From a virus: a stretch of 64,000 bases of DNA. Position 1 is the stretch's first letter, and every line of letters starts with the position of its first letter. The position numbers were made by a program, and so were the translations under genes. A model generated the notes under the pieces. It saw nothing but the letters and a program-made list of their open reading frames with translations. It had not been told where the DNA came from and did no database searches. Below are positions 18,521-32,100 of this stretch, in pieces. The stretch lies in the IMG/VR virus record IMGVR_UViG_3300046468_001139. The stretch is one strand, 5' to 3'.

Positions 18521-19996
18521 GTGGCTGTAGGTCGTATTACTGGTCCGCTTTTAAAGCAGAATCTTCTTCGTAATGGAGTAGACTTAGCTTTTGAGACGGA
18601 TTTACTTTATCTGGATGTTAATAACACCCGCGTTGGTATCAATACCGCAACTCCTCAATACGATTTAGATATTAACGGAACAGCAAGATCAATAGATTTA
18701 ATTTCATCAGGTACAGCATATGTAGGTGATGTTAGAATTAATGGCAATACAATTAGTACTATTGCAAATACACTTAATCTTACTACAGTTGGTTCCGACA
18801 AAGTAACAGCATTAAAAACATTAGATGTTGACGATTTACGTCTTGACACTAATGTAATCAGTACAACAGTTTCAAACGCAGATATAGATATTATTCCAGA
18901 CGGTACAGGTAAAGTAAACGTTACAGGTAACGCACAAGTTACAGGGAATTTAAATGTAACAGGGAATGTTTCAGCAACAGGTGATATTACTATTGGTGGT
19001 AACGTTACTATTGGTGATGACGAGAACGATACTATCAACATTGTTGCAGGTATTACAAGTGATTTATTACCGTCAGAGACAGCAAAATACAACTTAGGAA
19101 CTACAGCTGAAACGTGGAACAGTATACACGCTACAAGTGCATACATTGATGACATACAAATTGATACAGGTGTTATACAAAACACAGTTTCAAACGCTGA
19201 TTTAGAATTAAGATATGCAGGTAACGGTAGTGTTATCATTGACGATTTTGTACTTAAAGGTAGCAGAATTAGTTCAGCAAATGATATTGTTTTTGCACCG
19301 TCAACAGGTGTTGTTGATATTGATGGTACAGGATCTATTAGAATACCAGCAGGTACAACTGCACAAAGACCAAGTGTACCAGCAGTAGGTATGATACGTT
19401 ACAACACAACTACTTCAAAGTTTGAAGGTTACGATGGTAACTGGGTAGTATTAACAGGTGTGTATGATTTAGATGCAGACACATATATTACAGCTGAATT
19501 AACACCAGGTGCAAATGACGATACTATACGTTTTTATGCTGGTGGAACTGAAATTGCTAGTGTTACACAAACAGAATTTAACGTTGCTAAACTACAAATT
19601 GACAGTATTAGCATCGACGGTCAAACAATTAGTACAACAACAGCTGATACCGACCTTATTTTAGCACCAAACGGCACTGGTGGTGTACAAATAGACAACA
19701 TTAATATTAGTCAAAGTACAATAAATAACACTAGTACAGATGCAGTAACAACGTTTAGTAGCACAGGAACAGGCTTCTTTGAAATTGCAGGCACAGACGG
19801 ATTTGTTGTACCAGTTGGAACAGGATCAGAAAGACACCCTAGTCCAGTAATTGGTATGATGAGATGGAATACAACTGATGGACGTTTAGAGATATATGAC
19901 GGCACTCAGTGGGATTCAGTAGCAGGTAGTTCAGGATCAGTTTCGCAAACAGACGCACAAAATATTGCATTAGAATTAGTTTTGAGCATGGGATAA
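18521..19996 (+). CDS. tail fibre/baseplate structural protein, paralog of 16921
   Basis: GTG start with AGGAG RBS; same N-terminus (RI.GPLL..NL.R...DL.FETDLL) and domain pattern. Confidence 0.7.
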   Translation: MAVGRITGPLLKQNLLRNGVDLAFETDLLYLDVNNTRVGINTATPQYDLDINGTARSIDLISSGTAYVGDVRINGNTISTIANTLNLTTVGSDKVTALKTLDVDDLRLDTNVISTTVSNADIDIIPDGTGKVNVTGNAQVTGNLNVTGNVSATGDITIGGNVTIGDDENDTINIVAGITSDLLPSETAKYNLGTTAETWNSIHATSAYIDDIQIDTGVIQNTVSNADLELRYAGNGSVIIDDFVLKGSRISSANDIVFAPSTGVVDIDGTGSIRIPAGTTAQRPSVPAVGMIRYNTTTSKFEGYDGNWVVLTGVYDLDADTYITAELTPGANDDTIRFYAGGTEIASVTQTEFNVAKLQIDSISIDGQTISTTTADTDLILAPNGTGGVQIDNINISQSTINNTSTDAVTTFSSTGTGFFEIAGTDGFVVPVGTGSERHPSPVIGMMRWNTTDGRLEIYDGTQWDSVAGSSGSVSQTDAQNIALELVLSMG

Positions 19997-20007
19997 AGAT
20001 ATAAGAT

Positions 20008-20337
20008 ATGGCAACGTTTTTTAAAAATAAAGTAGAAAAAAGTGTAGGAACAGTACCTATCACAATACTAACAGTTCCACCGGCAAGTAAAGTTACTGCT
20101 ATTGGAATGAGTATTGCAAACTTGCTAGACGGTAACACTAGAATTAGTATTCAAGTAAAAGATGATACTAGTGTACTAGGATATTATATTAAAGATGTAA
20201 TGATTGCACCAAACGCATCATTACGTGCAATTAATGGTGGTGAGAAATTAGTTCTCCCAGGAAATAACGAAGTAGTAGTAACAGCAGATCAAGATGATGC
20301 TGTTGATGTAATTTTAAGTTACGTGGAGATTGTATAA
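20008..20337 (+). CDS. small beta-rich virion protein
   Basis: TVP, GEKLVL, ILSYVEI; paralog of 16054. Confidence 0.6.
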   Translation: MATFFKNKVEKSVGTVPITILTVPPASKVTAIGMSIANLLDGNTRISIQVKDDTSVLGYYIKDVMIAPNASLRAINGGEKLVLPGNNEVVVTADQDDAVDVILSYVEIV

Positions 20338-20735
20338 TGGTACAGTATGTAGGACAAGCACCTTTAGCAGGGCAAACAGGAGATAGATATTTTTACGCAC
20401 TTCGCAGAGACGATGATGGTGCATTGTTTGTTGCTAAGGTAGACGTTGCTAGTCCGTCAGATGCAATCCAAATGAACAGACCAGGTGGACCAGACGGCAA
20501 CTTTGCTGACTTCCAAACTGGCGAAGATTTCTTTGAAGGAAGAAATCCTAACCATGTACTAGTTTTTGATAACTTAGTATATGAACAAATGAGATGGGAC
20601 GAAAAAAACATTTATTATTATGTTAATGAAGAAGGTGAGTTAGTCCTAAGAATTAATACAAAATATACATACGATGACAATGCATCAGCTGATCATTTAC
20701 CGTTTGGAACTAACCCGACAGGATACACAGGATAA
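20337..20735 (+). CDS. hypothetical virion protein
   Basis: Translationally coupled (TAATG) on both sides; YFYALRR, YEQ.RWD, YYY..EGELV. Confidence 0.6.
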   Translation: MVQYVGQAPLAGQTGDRYFYALRRDDDGALFVAKVDVASPSDAIQMNRPGGPDGNFADFQTGEDFFEGRNPNHVLVFDNLVYEQMRWDEKNIYYYVNEEGELVLRINTKYTYDDNASADHLPFGTNPTGYTG

Positions 20736-23700
20736 TGGCCGAATTTAATCTAGCACGAATAAGATATACTTGGAAAAATGTCTGGCTTGCAGGTGCAACA
20801 TACATCAAAGACGATATCATTAGACATGGTGGTAACACTTATGTTTGTATGGAAGGACACTTATCAGACCAAACTAGTTTTAACACAGATTTAACTGCGG
20901 CAACTCCAAAATGGTTATTAATGTCAGACGGTTACCAATGGAAAGGTAACTGGGCAGTTGAAACAAGATATAAAGTTAACGACTTAGTAAAATACAACGG
21001 TATAGTTTATCGTGTAATTGAAGAACATTTATCAGCGACAACACAAGCTGAAGGTATTACTGACGATACTGATAAGTTTTTATCATTTGCTTCAACTGAA
21101 GATTGGAACGGAGTATGGGCACCTCTAACAAGATATAGAATAGGTGACATTATACGTTACGGTTCTATTGTTTATAAATGTATTGAAGAACATACATCAA
21201 GTTCTATTACAGCAGGACTTGAACAAGACCAATCAAAATGGCAACTTACGTTTAAAGGTAATGACTTTAAATTTGAATGGGCTCCTAACTCAAGATATAA
21301 AATAGATGACGTTGTAAAATACGGTGGTATTATCTATAGATGTGTACAAGGTCATACTTCTGCGGCATCAGCTCTATTAGGCTTAGAAGATGATTTAAGC
21401 AAATGGACTGTTGTACTAAGTGGTATTGAATATAAAGGCTTTTGGCAAGATAACGGAGACTCATCAGGAACAAGATATAAAGTTGGTGATCTAGTAAGAT
21501 ACGGACCAACTGTTTGGAGATGTAAAGAATATCATGCATCATTAACAGACTTTGATGAAAGTAAATTTGATATTTGGATGCCAGGACTAGGCTTTGAAGC
21601 TGAATGGTCAGCATCAACAAGTTACCAACCAGGTGATATTGTACGTTACGGTGGATATACATATACATCAATGACAAACAACTTAGGTAGTGCTCCTAGT
21701 GTAACAGGTGTTTTCTACGAAGGTGAAAGTTTACAAGGTTTATATGATTGGGAATTATTAATTACTGGTTATAAAGTAACAGGTGAATGGACATCATCAA
21801 CTGCATATAGAACAGGTGACGTAGTTAGAAATAACGGATTTGTTTATATTGCTGTACAAGATAATACTAATCAGCAACCAGATGCATTAGATCCTGAAAT
21901 ATCAGGTTACTACGATCCAGGTGAAACTAGAAGTGCAAACGGTGGATACTCAATGTATTGGCAGTTAGTAATTACTGGTGTTTCATATCAAGGTGAATGG
22001 ATTGATACTAAAGATTATGTACTAGGCGACATAGTTGTTCAAGCAGGACAAACATGGAAATGTATACAAGCACACGAAGGTGATGATTCATCATTAGTTG
22101 AACCAGCACTAGATGCAACAAACAGTTACTGGACGAAACACATTGTAGGTGCTACTGGTAACGTGATGCAATACAGAGGTGATATTAGAACACATGATGG
22201 AAGTAATCATGTAAGACGTGCTATTGGTAATCCAGGTGATGCAATGAAAGTTGTGTCAAGTGACGATCAATGGGAAGCATTAGGTACAATTCCTAAAGTG
22301 TATTATGTTGCAACATCAGGACAAGATATTTCAGGTGCAGGATTAACAGCAACTAACCCATTTAAAACAATTAAGTATGCTACACAATATATTTTAGGTG
22401 ACGAAGCTAACAGAGCTCCAGCAACAATTTTTGTTAGCACAGGAATTTTTGAAGAAATTCTTCCTATCAAAGTACCAGCAGGTGTTGCTATTGTTGGAGA
22501 CGAATTAAGAAGTACTACAGTTAAACCAAGAGAAGGTTCAGAAGACCAAGACATGTTCCAAGTTAGAAACGGCTGTGGAATTAGAAATATGACTCTTGAA
22601 GGATTACAAGGTACACTAGGTACACCAGATACTTACGGAGCATCAGTTCCAAGTGCAGGTGCATTTGTTGCACTTGACCCAGGTACAGGACCGTCAGACT
22701 CAAGCGTATGGATTACAACAAAATCAACATATGTACAAAACGTAACAACTATAGGTACTGCTTGTGTTGGATTAAAAATTGACGGTGCATTACACAATAG
22801 CGGAAATAAATCAATCGTTGCTAACGACTTTACACAAGTTATTAGTGATGGTATTGGTGTGTGGGCTAACAAAGACGGTAGAGCAGAGCTTGTATCTGTG
22901 TTTACATATTATTGTCATATTGGTTACTATGCTACAGCAGGTGGTAAACTACGTGCTACAAACGGTAACAACTCATACGGAAAATACGGATCGTTTGCTG
23001 AAGGAGAACTAGTTAGTGAAACTCCAATTACAGCAACAGTTAATAACAGATATTACAATGCAATAGCACCAACTGTTTACAGTAACGCTAACCAAATTTT
23101 TGCACTAGGATACACACACGCAGGTGAAGAATATACTAATGCTACATATAATATTACAGGTTCAGGTAGCGGTGTTGGAGTTGATAACGCTTCGACTGAT
23201 ACTAGAAACGGTGGAATTAGTGAACTTAGATTACTTGATCCAGGTGACTCGAGTACACCAGGTGGTAGAGGACATATTACAGGTGTAAGAAACTCTGCAC
23301 AAGGTGGAGATAGTATTTCAATTACTATTGCACAATCAGATGCAAACGGACCAGAATACTATGTTGGTAGAGCTATTACCGCAGTTAATGGAATAGGTGC
23401 CGCAGATGCAAACAGAGTTGGTAACGTAGACGATGCTCCTTATACATATACAGGAGTTACAGCAACTTCAAATAACCCACTTGCAAAATCTACTGTAGGA
23501 ACATTTACAGTTAGTGTTGACGCAACTGGAGCCGCAACTGTTACAGTTACAAATGGCGGACACAGTCATAGACTTGGAGATACTATTACAATTTTAGATA
23601 GTGACATTGGTAACTTTGGTGCACCAAACTTAACGTTTAATGTATCAGGTATTAGTGAGTCAATGAAAATTATCATTGAAGAAGGTGAAGGTGTTGGACA

Positions 23701-26074
23701 GTTTGGAATAATTGACGAATACTTTACTACAACTAAAAAGATTAATGTACTACGTGAGTCAGATGGCAAACGTGGTTGGGACCATTTAGTTCCAGGTTGG
23801 CCAATTGCAACAACACTAGACGGATCAACAACTTATAGAATTGAATCAAGGATTGAAGTAGAAGCACCACCATATGCAGAAGAAGGCTTTGCTACAGGAT
23901 ATAATGCAACAGCTTGGCAAGATTGTTTCTCTGCAACAGGTGCAACAATGGTTGCATTTCCTTCAACAGGAACAGATAAAGCAATTTACAGTAATGAAGC
24001 AGGAGACCAATGGACACCTGCAATTATTGATGCAGACTTTGTAAGACCAAATTGTATTGTTAAGTGTAAAGGTAAATTAAAATACTTTATTGCACTAGGT
24101 GACGGAACTAAAGCTAACTTGTCAACAGCAGGTACAGCATGGGGGTCAACAGCATACAGTATTAATCAACACAACTGGATTGAAATTGTTGAAGGTCCAT
24201 ATAATACAACTTCACACACAGTTATTGCAATGGCAGACGACAGTGATGAAATTGCAATTAGTACAACAGACGGTACAAGTTGGACTTATGTTAACACAGG
24301 ATTTGGAACAGGACAAAAATTCTTAGCTTACGGTAATGGTAAGTGGATGATTGTTAAAGAAGATGGTACTGCTATAGAAAGTATTAACGATGGCCAAACA
24401 TGGCAGTCAGCAAATAATGTTGCTCCAGGTACATACAACGTTACAGGATTTGCATTTGGTAATGGAAGATTTGTAGCATCAGTACAGCCAAATGGAACAG
24501 CTACATTTGTATTTGATCCATCAACTACAATGATTAATTCATCGACAGGTACAACTAGTGCTACGTTTGGACTAAACAGTACATTCTATATTAGCTTTAC
24601 AGATAAAGACACAGGACCAACAAACTCAAGTTGGTTACAAGTATCAGACGGAAACTACATTGGTACAAGAGTATTTGGACTTGCTTATCAAGACGGATTG
24701 TTTATGGCAATTAGTGTACAAGGTGATATTTTATATGGTGATGGTGGACATGTTTGGAACAACAAACCAGCTATACCTTTATTAAACTCACAGAATTACA
24801 GACAAAAAATTCACCCAATGACTATGACACCAACAACTGGTGCCGCTGGTCCAAGATTTATGATTACTCCGTCAAGTGCAACAGTAAATTTAGCGGCAAT
24901 TAAATTTGGTGCTAAAGCTAAAATGAGAGCGTTCCCTGTAACAACAGGACGTATTGATTCGTTTACAATGTCAGATACAGGTAGTGGTTATGACGCAGGT
25001 GTTCCACCACAAATACATGTACATGATACACAGAAAACAACAGAAGTAACATATCAAGTTAGAGTTAAAAATAGAGTATTAGGTCAACCTAACTTTACTA
25101 ACAGAGGTGCGGCTTATACTAAATTTAACCAAGTAGAAATTACTGGTGACGGTTACGCAGACTTATTCCAAATTGGTGGAGAGATAATTGTTAGCAATCT
25201 AACATTACTTCCAAGTCCAGGTGATAACTTTAGAGTTGACGGTATTAATGATGTAATTTATAAAGTTGGTACAGCTACAATATTAGAAGGTGCTACACCA
25301 AACGCTACAGCAAAACTTACAATTAGTCCTAACATGGGCGTACAAGAATCGCCAGTACATGCTACACCGGCAAATATTAGACAAAACTACAGTCAGGTAA
25401 GATTAACATTCCATGACTTCCTAGATATTGGTACTGGTAATTTTGGCGATACTGCTTATCCATTGTTATACACAGATGGGTATGGTAATATTAATCCACC
25501 AGAGCAATCATACGAAGCTCAAGAGTACAATGGAGGTAGAGTATTCTACGCTTCTACAGACCAAGATGGTAACTTTAGAGTTGGTGAATTGTTTAAAGTT
25601 GAACAAAGTACAGGTATTGTTACTATTAATGCTTCACAGTTTGACTTAAAAGGTCTTGACGAACTTAGACTTGGAGCGTTTATACTTGGTGGAACAAACG
25701 CTGTAATTAGAGAATTCTCAAAAGAACAAACATTTGTTGCTAACAGTAACAATATTGTACCAACACAAAAAGCTATTGCGGCGTATTTACAAGGTAGAAT
25801 TAGTGGTGGTGGATCAAATGTAGCGGCGAACGCAGTTACAGCAGGTACTTGTAAATTTAGTGACTTGAATCACATATCAAATACAGGTGGAATAGCTATT
25901 AATATTCCAGTACCGATGCACATGACTAAAATACCAAGTGGTATGATGATGGCACAAGCGTTCTTTAACGGTAATATGGATACTATGATGCTTACAGAGA
26001 GTCAAGATGACTTTGAAGGAAGCGATGGATTCTATGACGGTGGCGAAAATGGCTACGGTCCAGGGGGAATATAA
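20735..26074 (+). CDS. large tail fibre/spike-like protein with carbohydrate-binding-like repeats
   Basis: 1779 aa; N-terminal W....Y...D.V.Y.G..Y.C...H repeats (CBM5/12-like); beta-helix-like core; S.DG..W repeats. Confidence 0.7.
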   Translation: MAEFNLARIRYTWKNVWLAGATYIKDDIIRHGGNTYVCMEGHLSDQTSFNTDLTAATPKWLLMSDGYQWKGNWAVETRYKVNDLVKYNGIVYRVIEEHLSATTQAEGITDDTDKFLSFASTEDWNGVWAPLTRYRIGDIIRYGSIVYKCIEEHTSSSITAGLEQDQSKWQLTFKGNDFKFEWAPNSRYKIDDVVKYGGIIYRCVQGHTSAASALLGLEDDLSKWTVVLSGIEYKGFWQDNGDSSGTRYKVGDLVRYGPTVWRCKEYHASLTDFDESKFDIWMPGLGFEAEWSASTSYQPGDIVRYGGYTYTSMTNNLGSAPSVTGVFYEGESLQGLYDWELLITGYKVTGEWTSSTAYRTGDVVRNNGFVYIAVQDNTNQQPDALDPEISGYYDPGETRSANGGYSMYWQLVITGVSYQGEWIDTKDYVLGDIVVQAGQTWKCIQAHEGDDSSLVEPALDATNSYWTKHIVGATGNVMQYRGDIRTHDGSNHVRRAIGNPGDAMKVVSSDDQWEALGTIPKVYYVATSGQDISGAGLTATNPFKTIKYATQYILGDEANRAPATIFVSTGIFEEILPIKVPAGVAIVGDELRSTTVKPREGSEDQDMFQVRNGCGIRNMTLEGLQGTLGTPDTYGASVPSAGAFVALDPGTGPSDSSVWITTKSTYVQNVTTIGTACVGLKIDGALHNSGNKSIVANDFTQVISDGIGVWANKDGRAELVSVFTYYCHIGYYATAGGKLRATNGNNSYGKYGSFAEGELVSETPITATVNNRYYNAIAPTVYSNANQIFALGYTHAGEEYTNATYNITGSGSGVGVDNASTDTRNGGISELRLLDPGDSSTPGGRGHITGVRNSAQGGDSISITIAQSDANGPEYYVGRAITAVNGIGAADANRVGNVDDAPYTYTGVTATSNNPLAKSTVGTFTVSVDATGAATVTVTNGGHSHRLGDTITILDSDIGNFGAPNLTFNVSGISESMKIIIEEGEGVGQFGIIDEYFTTTKKINVLRESDGKRGWDHLVPGWPIATTLDGSTTYRIESRIEVEAPPYAEEGFATGYNATAWQDCFSATGATMVAFPSTGTDKAIYSNEAGDQWTPAIIDADFVRPNCIVKCKGKLKYFIALGDGTKANLSTAGTAWGSTAYSINQHNWIEIVEGPYNTTSHTVIAMADDSDEIAISTTDGTSWTYVNTGFGTGQKFLAYGNGKWMIVKEDGTAIESINDGQTWQSANNVAPGTYNVTGFAFGNGRFVASVQPNGTATFVFDPSTTMINSSTGTTSATFGLNSTFYISFTDKDTGPTNSSWLQVSDGNYIGTRVFGLAYQDGLFMAISVQGDILYGDGGHVWNNKPAIPLLNSQNYRQKIHPMTMTPTTGAAGPRFMITPSSATVNLAAIKFGAKAKMRAFPVTTGRIDSFTMSDTGSGYDAGVPPQIHVHDTQKTTEVTYQVRVKNRVLGQPNFTNRGAAYTKFNQVEITGDGYADLFQIGGEIIVSNLTLLPSPGDNFRVDGINDVIYKVGTATILEGATPNATAKLTISPNMGVQESPVHATPANIRQNYSQVRLTFHDFLDIGTGNFGDTAYPLLYTDGYGNINPPEQSYEAQEYNGGRVFYASTDQDGNFRVGELFKVEQSTGIVTINASQFDLKGLDELRLGAFILGGTNAVIREFSKEQTFVANSNNIVPTQKAIAAYLQGRISGGGSNVAANAVTAGTCKFSDLNHISNTGGIAINIPVPMHMTKIPSGMMMAQAFFNGNMDTMMLTESQDDFEGSDGFYDGGENGYGPGGI

Positions 26075-26116
26075 ACCAAATGATAAATACATATAACACG
26101 CATGTAGGAAGAAACA

Positions 26117-29100
26117 ATGGCAGAATTTAAACTAGGTAGAATTAGATTTGTATGGAAAGGTTCTTGGACAACCGGAACTGTATACTATAAAGACGACATC
26201 GTAAGACAAGGCGGAAGAACTTACTTCTGTAACGTAGGTCACACAGCGTCTGCAGATTTTGCCACAGATGAATCAGCTAAATGGCAACTATTTACAGATG
26301 GTGTTTCTTGGAACGGTACTTGGACTTCTAACTACTATTACAAACAAAACGACCTTATTAAATATGGTGGTTACCTTTACGTTTGTAACACAGCTCACAC
26401 TTCTGAAGTAGACGGTGCAACAGCAGGAAAATTAGAAACTGATCAAGCTAAATGGGATTTATTTGCAGAAGGCTTTGATTGGAAAAGCGACTGGACTATT
26501 ACTACAGTTTATAAAGTAAATGACATTGTTAAGTACGGTGGTAATTTATATCTTTGTAACACAGCACATACAGGTTCAAGTTCACAAGGTAGTGACACTG
26601 ATGGATTAGAAGCAGATCTTTCTAAATGGGATATTTTCTCAAAAGGAATGGACTGGAAAAGCGACTGGGCAATTAGTACAAGATACAGAGCCGGCGATAC
26701 TGTTAAGTATGGCGGCAGAATGTACATTTGTAATGAAGGTCACCTTAGTGCGGCAACAACTGGCGATGGTCTAGAATCAGATCAAACTAAGTGGGACGTT
26801 GTACACAACGGTATTGAATACAAAACAGTACATGCAATTAATACACGATACAAAATTAATGATGTTGTTAAGTATGGTGGCGGTCTTTGGATCAACACAC
26901 ACGAACATACATCAAGTGCAACAAGTTTAACTGACGATGTTACAAGTGCAGGACACATTGTAACGATTGATCAAATTAGTGCCGCTGACACAGACAGAAC
27001 AGCAGGTACATACAACGACATTACAGGAACATCAAACGGTTCAGGTACTGGACACAGATTTAATATTACAATAGACAATCTTGGTGCGGCAACTGTAACA
27101 GTAGTTAAAGGTGGACAAGGACATGCGATTGGTAACACAATTTCAATTAGTCCAACAGACTTTGGCGGAACAGGAACTACACTTACGTTTAACGTTCTTA
27201 CTATTGAAACAAGTACACAATGGCAACAGTTTATTCCAGGTTTAGAATTTGAAGACAGTTGGTCAGGATCAACTGCATACCAAATAGGTGACTTTGTTAC
27301 TTATGGTGGTTACTCTTATATTGCTACGCAAAACAACACTAACGTTGTTCCATTTGGTAACGCATCAACATGGGATTTATTTACAACAGGATTTAGTTTA
27401 AAAGGTGACTACAATAATGCAACTGCTTATAAAGTTGGTGATGTAGTTAGAGTTGGTGGATACACATATATTAGTATCCAAGACACAACAGGAAACAGAC
27501 CACCTAACGTAACTTATTGGGACAGACTTAACGAAGGTATGTCTTGGAAAGATGCGTGGGCTAACGCAACATACTACGACTTAGGTGATGTTGTTAGAGG
27601 AATTAACAATGTTAACTCTTATATTTGTGTACAAGCACACACATCAGATCAAGTAAGTAATCAAGATAGACCAGATCAAGATGTAGCAGGTGCATATTGG
27701 AAACTTATGTCAGGCGGTGTTGAGTCAGGTAACTTAACAACTGCTGGTGACTTAGTTTACTACGGTGGATCAGGACCAACAAGATTACCAATTGGTAAAG
27801 ACGGTCAAGTATTAAAAGTTAATGAGGCAGGTAATGCTCCGGAATGGGCATACTTTGGTCAGTTAGATCAAGTTTACTATGTTGGTAAAAGTGGTGTTGA
27901 CGGATTTGCACCAGCATATGGTGTTACAATCGATAAGCCATTCTTTTCAACAAGATGGGCATGTGAGCAAATACGTAAAGGGCCACGTAACCCAGAAGCA
28001 ACAAATTTAATTGAGATGAACAAACAGTTTATCCAAGAACAAACAATGGAATTTATTACACACAGTATTGCAAATAATACTGCTCCATTTACAACTTCAT
28101 TTACATATGATGCAGTTAAATGTCGTAGAGACATTGGAATTATTTTAGATGCATTACTATGGGATCTAAGACACGGCGGTAATGTAAGAATGCGTGAATG
28201 TGCATTGTCTTATATTTCACCAGGTGGTGCAAACTATGTTGCAGGACAAACAGCAGAAACTAATGCGGCAATTAATTACGCAATGAGCTTACTGCCAAAC
28301 ATTATTACAAATTTACCACCAGCGGCAAACTACGCAACATTAAACAGCGTAGCAACACCAGTTGTACAATTTACTGATTCAACTAAAACTGCTGAGCCAA
28401 ACATTGCAACAACAGCTAATGCGTTGACATTATTAATTACAGATACAATTACAGCAGGTAATACTACTAATTTACAGAAAAAAATTAAACCAAACGTAAC
28501 AGTATTTGTTAAAACAGGACAGTATAACGAAATACTTCCAATTATTGTTCCAGCAGATGTAGCAGTTGTTGGTGATGAATTACGTAGTACAGAAATTAGT
28601 GCGGCAACAGCAGGACCAACTGATGTTAACGATGCTAACCTAAGTAAAACTGCTATACTAAGAATGAAAGCAATACTTAGCGATGTTGTATTAAACAACG
28701 CTGTTACTAAAACAGCGGCAGGTGGACACTTAACAATGGATACATTTAGTGCCGCAGACGCAAGTAGAGCAACAGGTACGTATACAGGCGTAACAGGTTC
28801 AAGTTCAGCGGCAGGTACAGTAGGAACATTTGATATTACAGTAGATGCTAACGGTGCAGTAACAAGCGTATTAGTAGTTACAGCAGGATCAGGACATGCA
28901 ATTAACGACACAATTACTATTGCAGATAGTGTATTAGGTAACGGCGGTGGAGCGGCATTTACAATGGATGTTGCAACAATCAGTACAGGTAACACACGTA
29001 CACAAGATGTTAGATTACCAGCAGGTAATGCAACGGCTGTTACAACAGCTGAGTTACTATTCCAAGACATTCATAATTACATTGACTATGAAGTTAACGG

Positions 29101-32100
29101 AGCAGGAACTAAACCAACAGTTGTAGGACAAGTTGGTAGAAGAACTGATGCGGCTTACACAGATACAAGAGGTAGAATTTTAGCTAACTTAGAATTCTTA
29201 GTAGATGAAGCATATGAATATATTCAAGCTAACAATACTAAAGCATTCCAAGAAGCAAGTCCAGATGCGGCTCAACAAGCATCATGTAAAAGAGATGCAA
29301 GAGAATATGTAAAAGCAGTTCTTTGGGATTTAGAAAACTTTGGTAACTACTATTCAACACTTACAGGTAGATGGTTTAGTAACGCAGTAGGTGGATCACT
29401 TACAGAAGATATGTTCTACTTAGAAAACGGTACTGGTTTAAGAAACTGTACTGTTAAAGGACTAGCAGGAGCATTAGGTGCACCAAACGCATACGGAACT
29501 AAACGTCCAACAGCAGGAGCATTTTGTTCACTTAACCCAAGTTGGGGACCAGATGATGAAGATGCGTGGATTGCTACTAGATCACCATACGTACAAAACG
29601 TAACAACGTTTGGTACAAGATGTGTTGGACTTAAAGTAGACGGAGATATTCATAACGGTGGTAACGATTCAATTGTTGCTAACGACTTTACACAGGTACT
29701 TGATGAAGGTATTGGTGCATGGGTTACTAACTTAGGAAGAGCAGAACTTGTTTCCGTGTTCTCATACTACGGACACATTGGTTATCTTGCAGAAGCAGGT
29801 GGTAAAATACGTGCTACTAACGGTAACAGTTCATATGGTGACTTTGGTACTGTAGCAGAAGGTGTTGACTTAACTGAAACAGCTATTAAAGCAACAGTAG
29901 ATAACAGAAGTTTTGACGCAGTTATTGGTGCAGTTGTAACTAACAACGCAGGAATTATACACCACGAATATTTACATGCAGGTAGAGAATATGTACCAGC
30001 TAACACAACACTTAGTTACTCAGGAGATGGATTTGGTATTACTGGATTAACTCCAACAGTTGTTACAGGTGGTGTTATGCAGATTAGATTAACAGGTACA
30101 GCATCAACATTTGGTGGAGCAGATTATAAAACTGCAACTAATACTCCACAAACTGGTGATACTACAAGCATTACAATTTCAAACACAGATGCTTCGTTGA
30201 GTGCGGCATACGCAGGTATGGCAGTATTCTTAGTAGGTGGTAAAGGTGCAGGGCAGTATGGATATATTGATACATACAACGCAGGTACAAAAATTGCAAC
30301 TATTAAAAAATATTCAGATAACTTAGCAGGTTGGGACACTACAGTTAACGGACAAACAGTTGAAACTGAATTAGATAATACAACGCAATACAGCATTGAA
30401 CCAAGAGTTACTATTAGTGCTCCTGGTAATGATGGATCAACAGCAACGGCACAAGCTATTGCTAGAGCAAAAGTTGCAGATGGTAAAATTAGTGAAGTAA
30501 GAATTATCCACCCAGGTGCTTCTTATACATCACCTCCAACAGTAACATTTACAGATCCAAACAATACACTAGATGCTCCATTAGAAGTATTCTTAGGCGA
30601 TGGTGTACTTGCACAACCAACTTTTGCTTCAAGAGGAACAGGTTGGACAACAGCTACAGCTGAAGTTGTAGATGCAGGTTATGAAAAAGACATTACAGGA
30701 GTATCATTTACTGCTAATCCTTATGCTTATACATTGCTTACAGCTAACAAAGAATTTATTAAAGACGAAGTTATTGCTTATATTGACAATCAAATTGCAA
30801 ACGCGGCGGTTGGTAGTTCATTATGGGATGCCTTTACATATGATGCAACAACATGGGAAGCAGACGTTGGCGAATATGTTGACGCACTAGCACATGATAT
30901 TAAGTTTGGTGGAACTAAAGAAACAATTAGAGCCGCTAGAAGTTATTGGATTGGTGTAAACTCTACGCTACCAGGAAGACAAGGTCAAAAACTTGCGGCT
31001 TATGAGTTTATGAGAACGTTGCTAACAACTAATATTTTAGCTAACTCGGCTTACACAACTTTACAAAGTCCAGTAGTAACTACACAAACTACAAATGCTA
31101 ACAACGGTGAAGCAGGTGCTATTACTTTAATGGGCGGCTTAATTGACATTGTTAACGAAGGACTAATAAACGGACTTGACAGTTTACCACAAGACGGTGG
31201 AACAGGTATATTAAATATCACTGTTACATCACATGGATTAATTGACGGAGACAAAGTGTTAATTAATACAGTTGGTGGTACAACACAAATTAACGGTAAT
31301 AGATATTATGTAAAACGTATTGATGCAAATACTTTACAACTTTACTTAGATTATTTGTTACTATTTCCGGCAGTACTTACAAACGGTAGCCCATATGTTG
31401 CTAACGGTACTATATCATACGGAGCAGGTTATAGAGATGCTAAACAAGATGGCAAATACATGCAGGTTGAAGGAATGGAAAGTATTCCACAAGCTGGTGC
31501 AAACGTAGAATTTGCAAGTTTACCAAATCAATTCTTTAAACTTGTTAGTGTTACACAATTAACTGGTAGTTCACCATACTCAGCATTACTACAAATATCA
31601 CCAAACATGGAGTTAGACGATGCTCCAGCACATGGCGATAATGTTGAAATGAGAATTAGATACTCACAATGTAGACTAACAGGACATGACTATTTGGACA
31701 TTGGTACTGGTGGATTCACTACTACTAACTATCCAGGTACTCCAACTACACCAGCTGATCCTACAGATGAAGCTGTAGAAGGTGGTGGAGGAAGAGTGTT
31801 CTTCACAAGTACAGACCAAGACGGTAACTTTAGAGTTGGTGACTTGTTTAGTGTTGAACAGGCAACTGGTATTGCAACTCTAAATGCTGATGCATTTAGT
31901 ATATCAGGACTACAAGAACTACAACTTGGAGCAGTAGCACTTGGCGGTGCTGGTGCAACAGTTAACGAATTTAGTACAGATGGTACGTTTACCGCGAACA
32001 GTGATAGTATTGTTCCTACACAGAAAGCTATTAAGACATATATTACTAGCCAAATTGGTGGAGGAGCTTCAGAATTGAACGTAAATAGTGTAACTGCTGG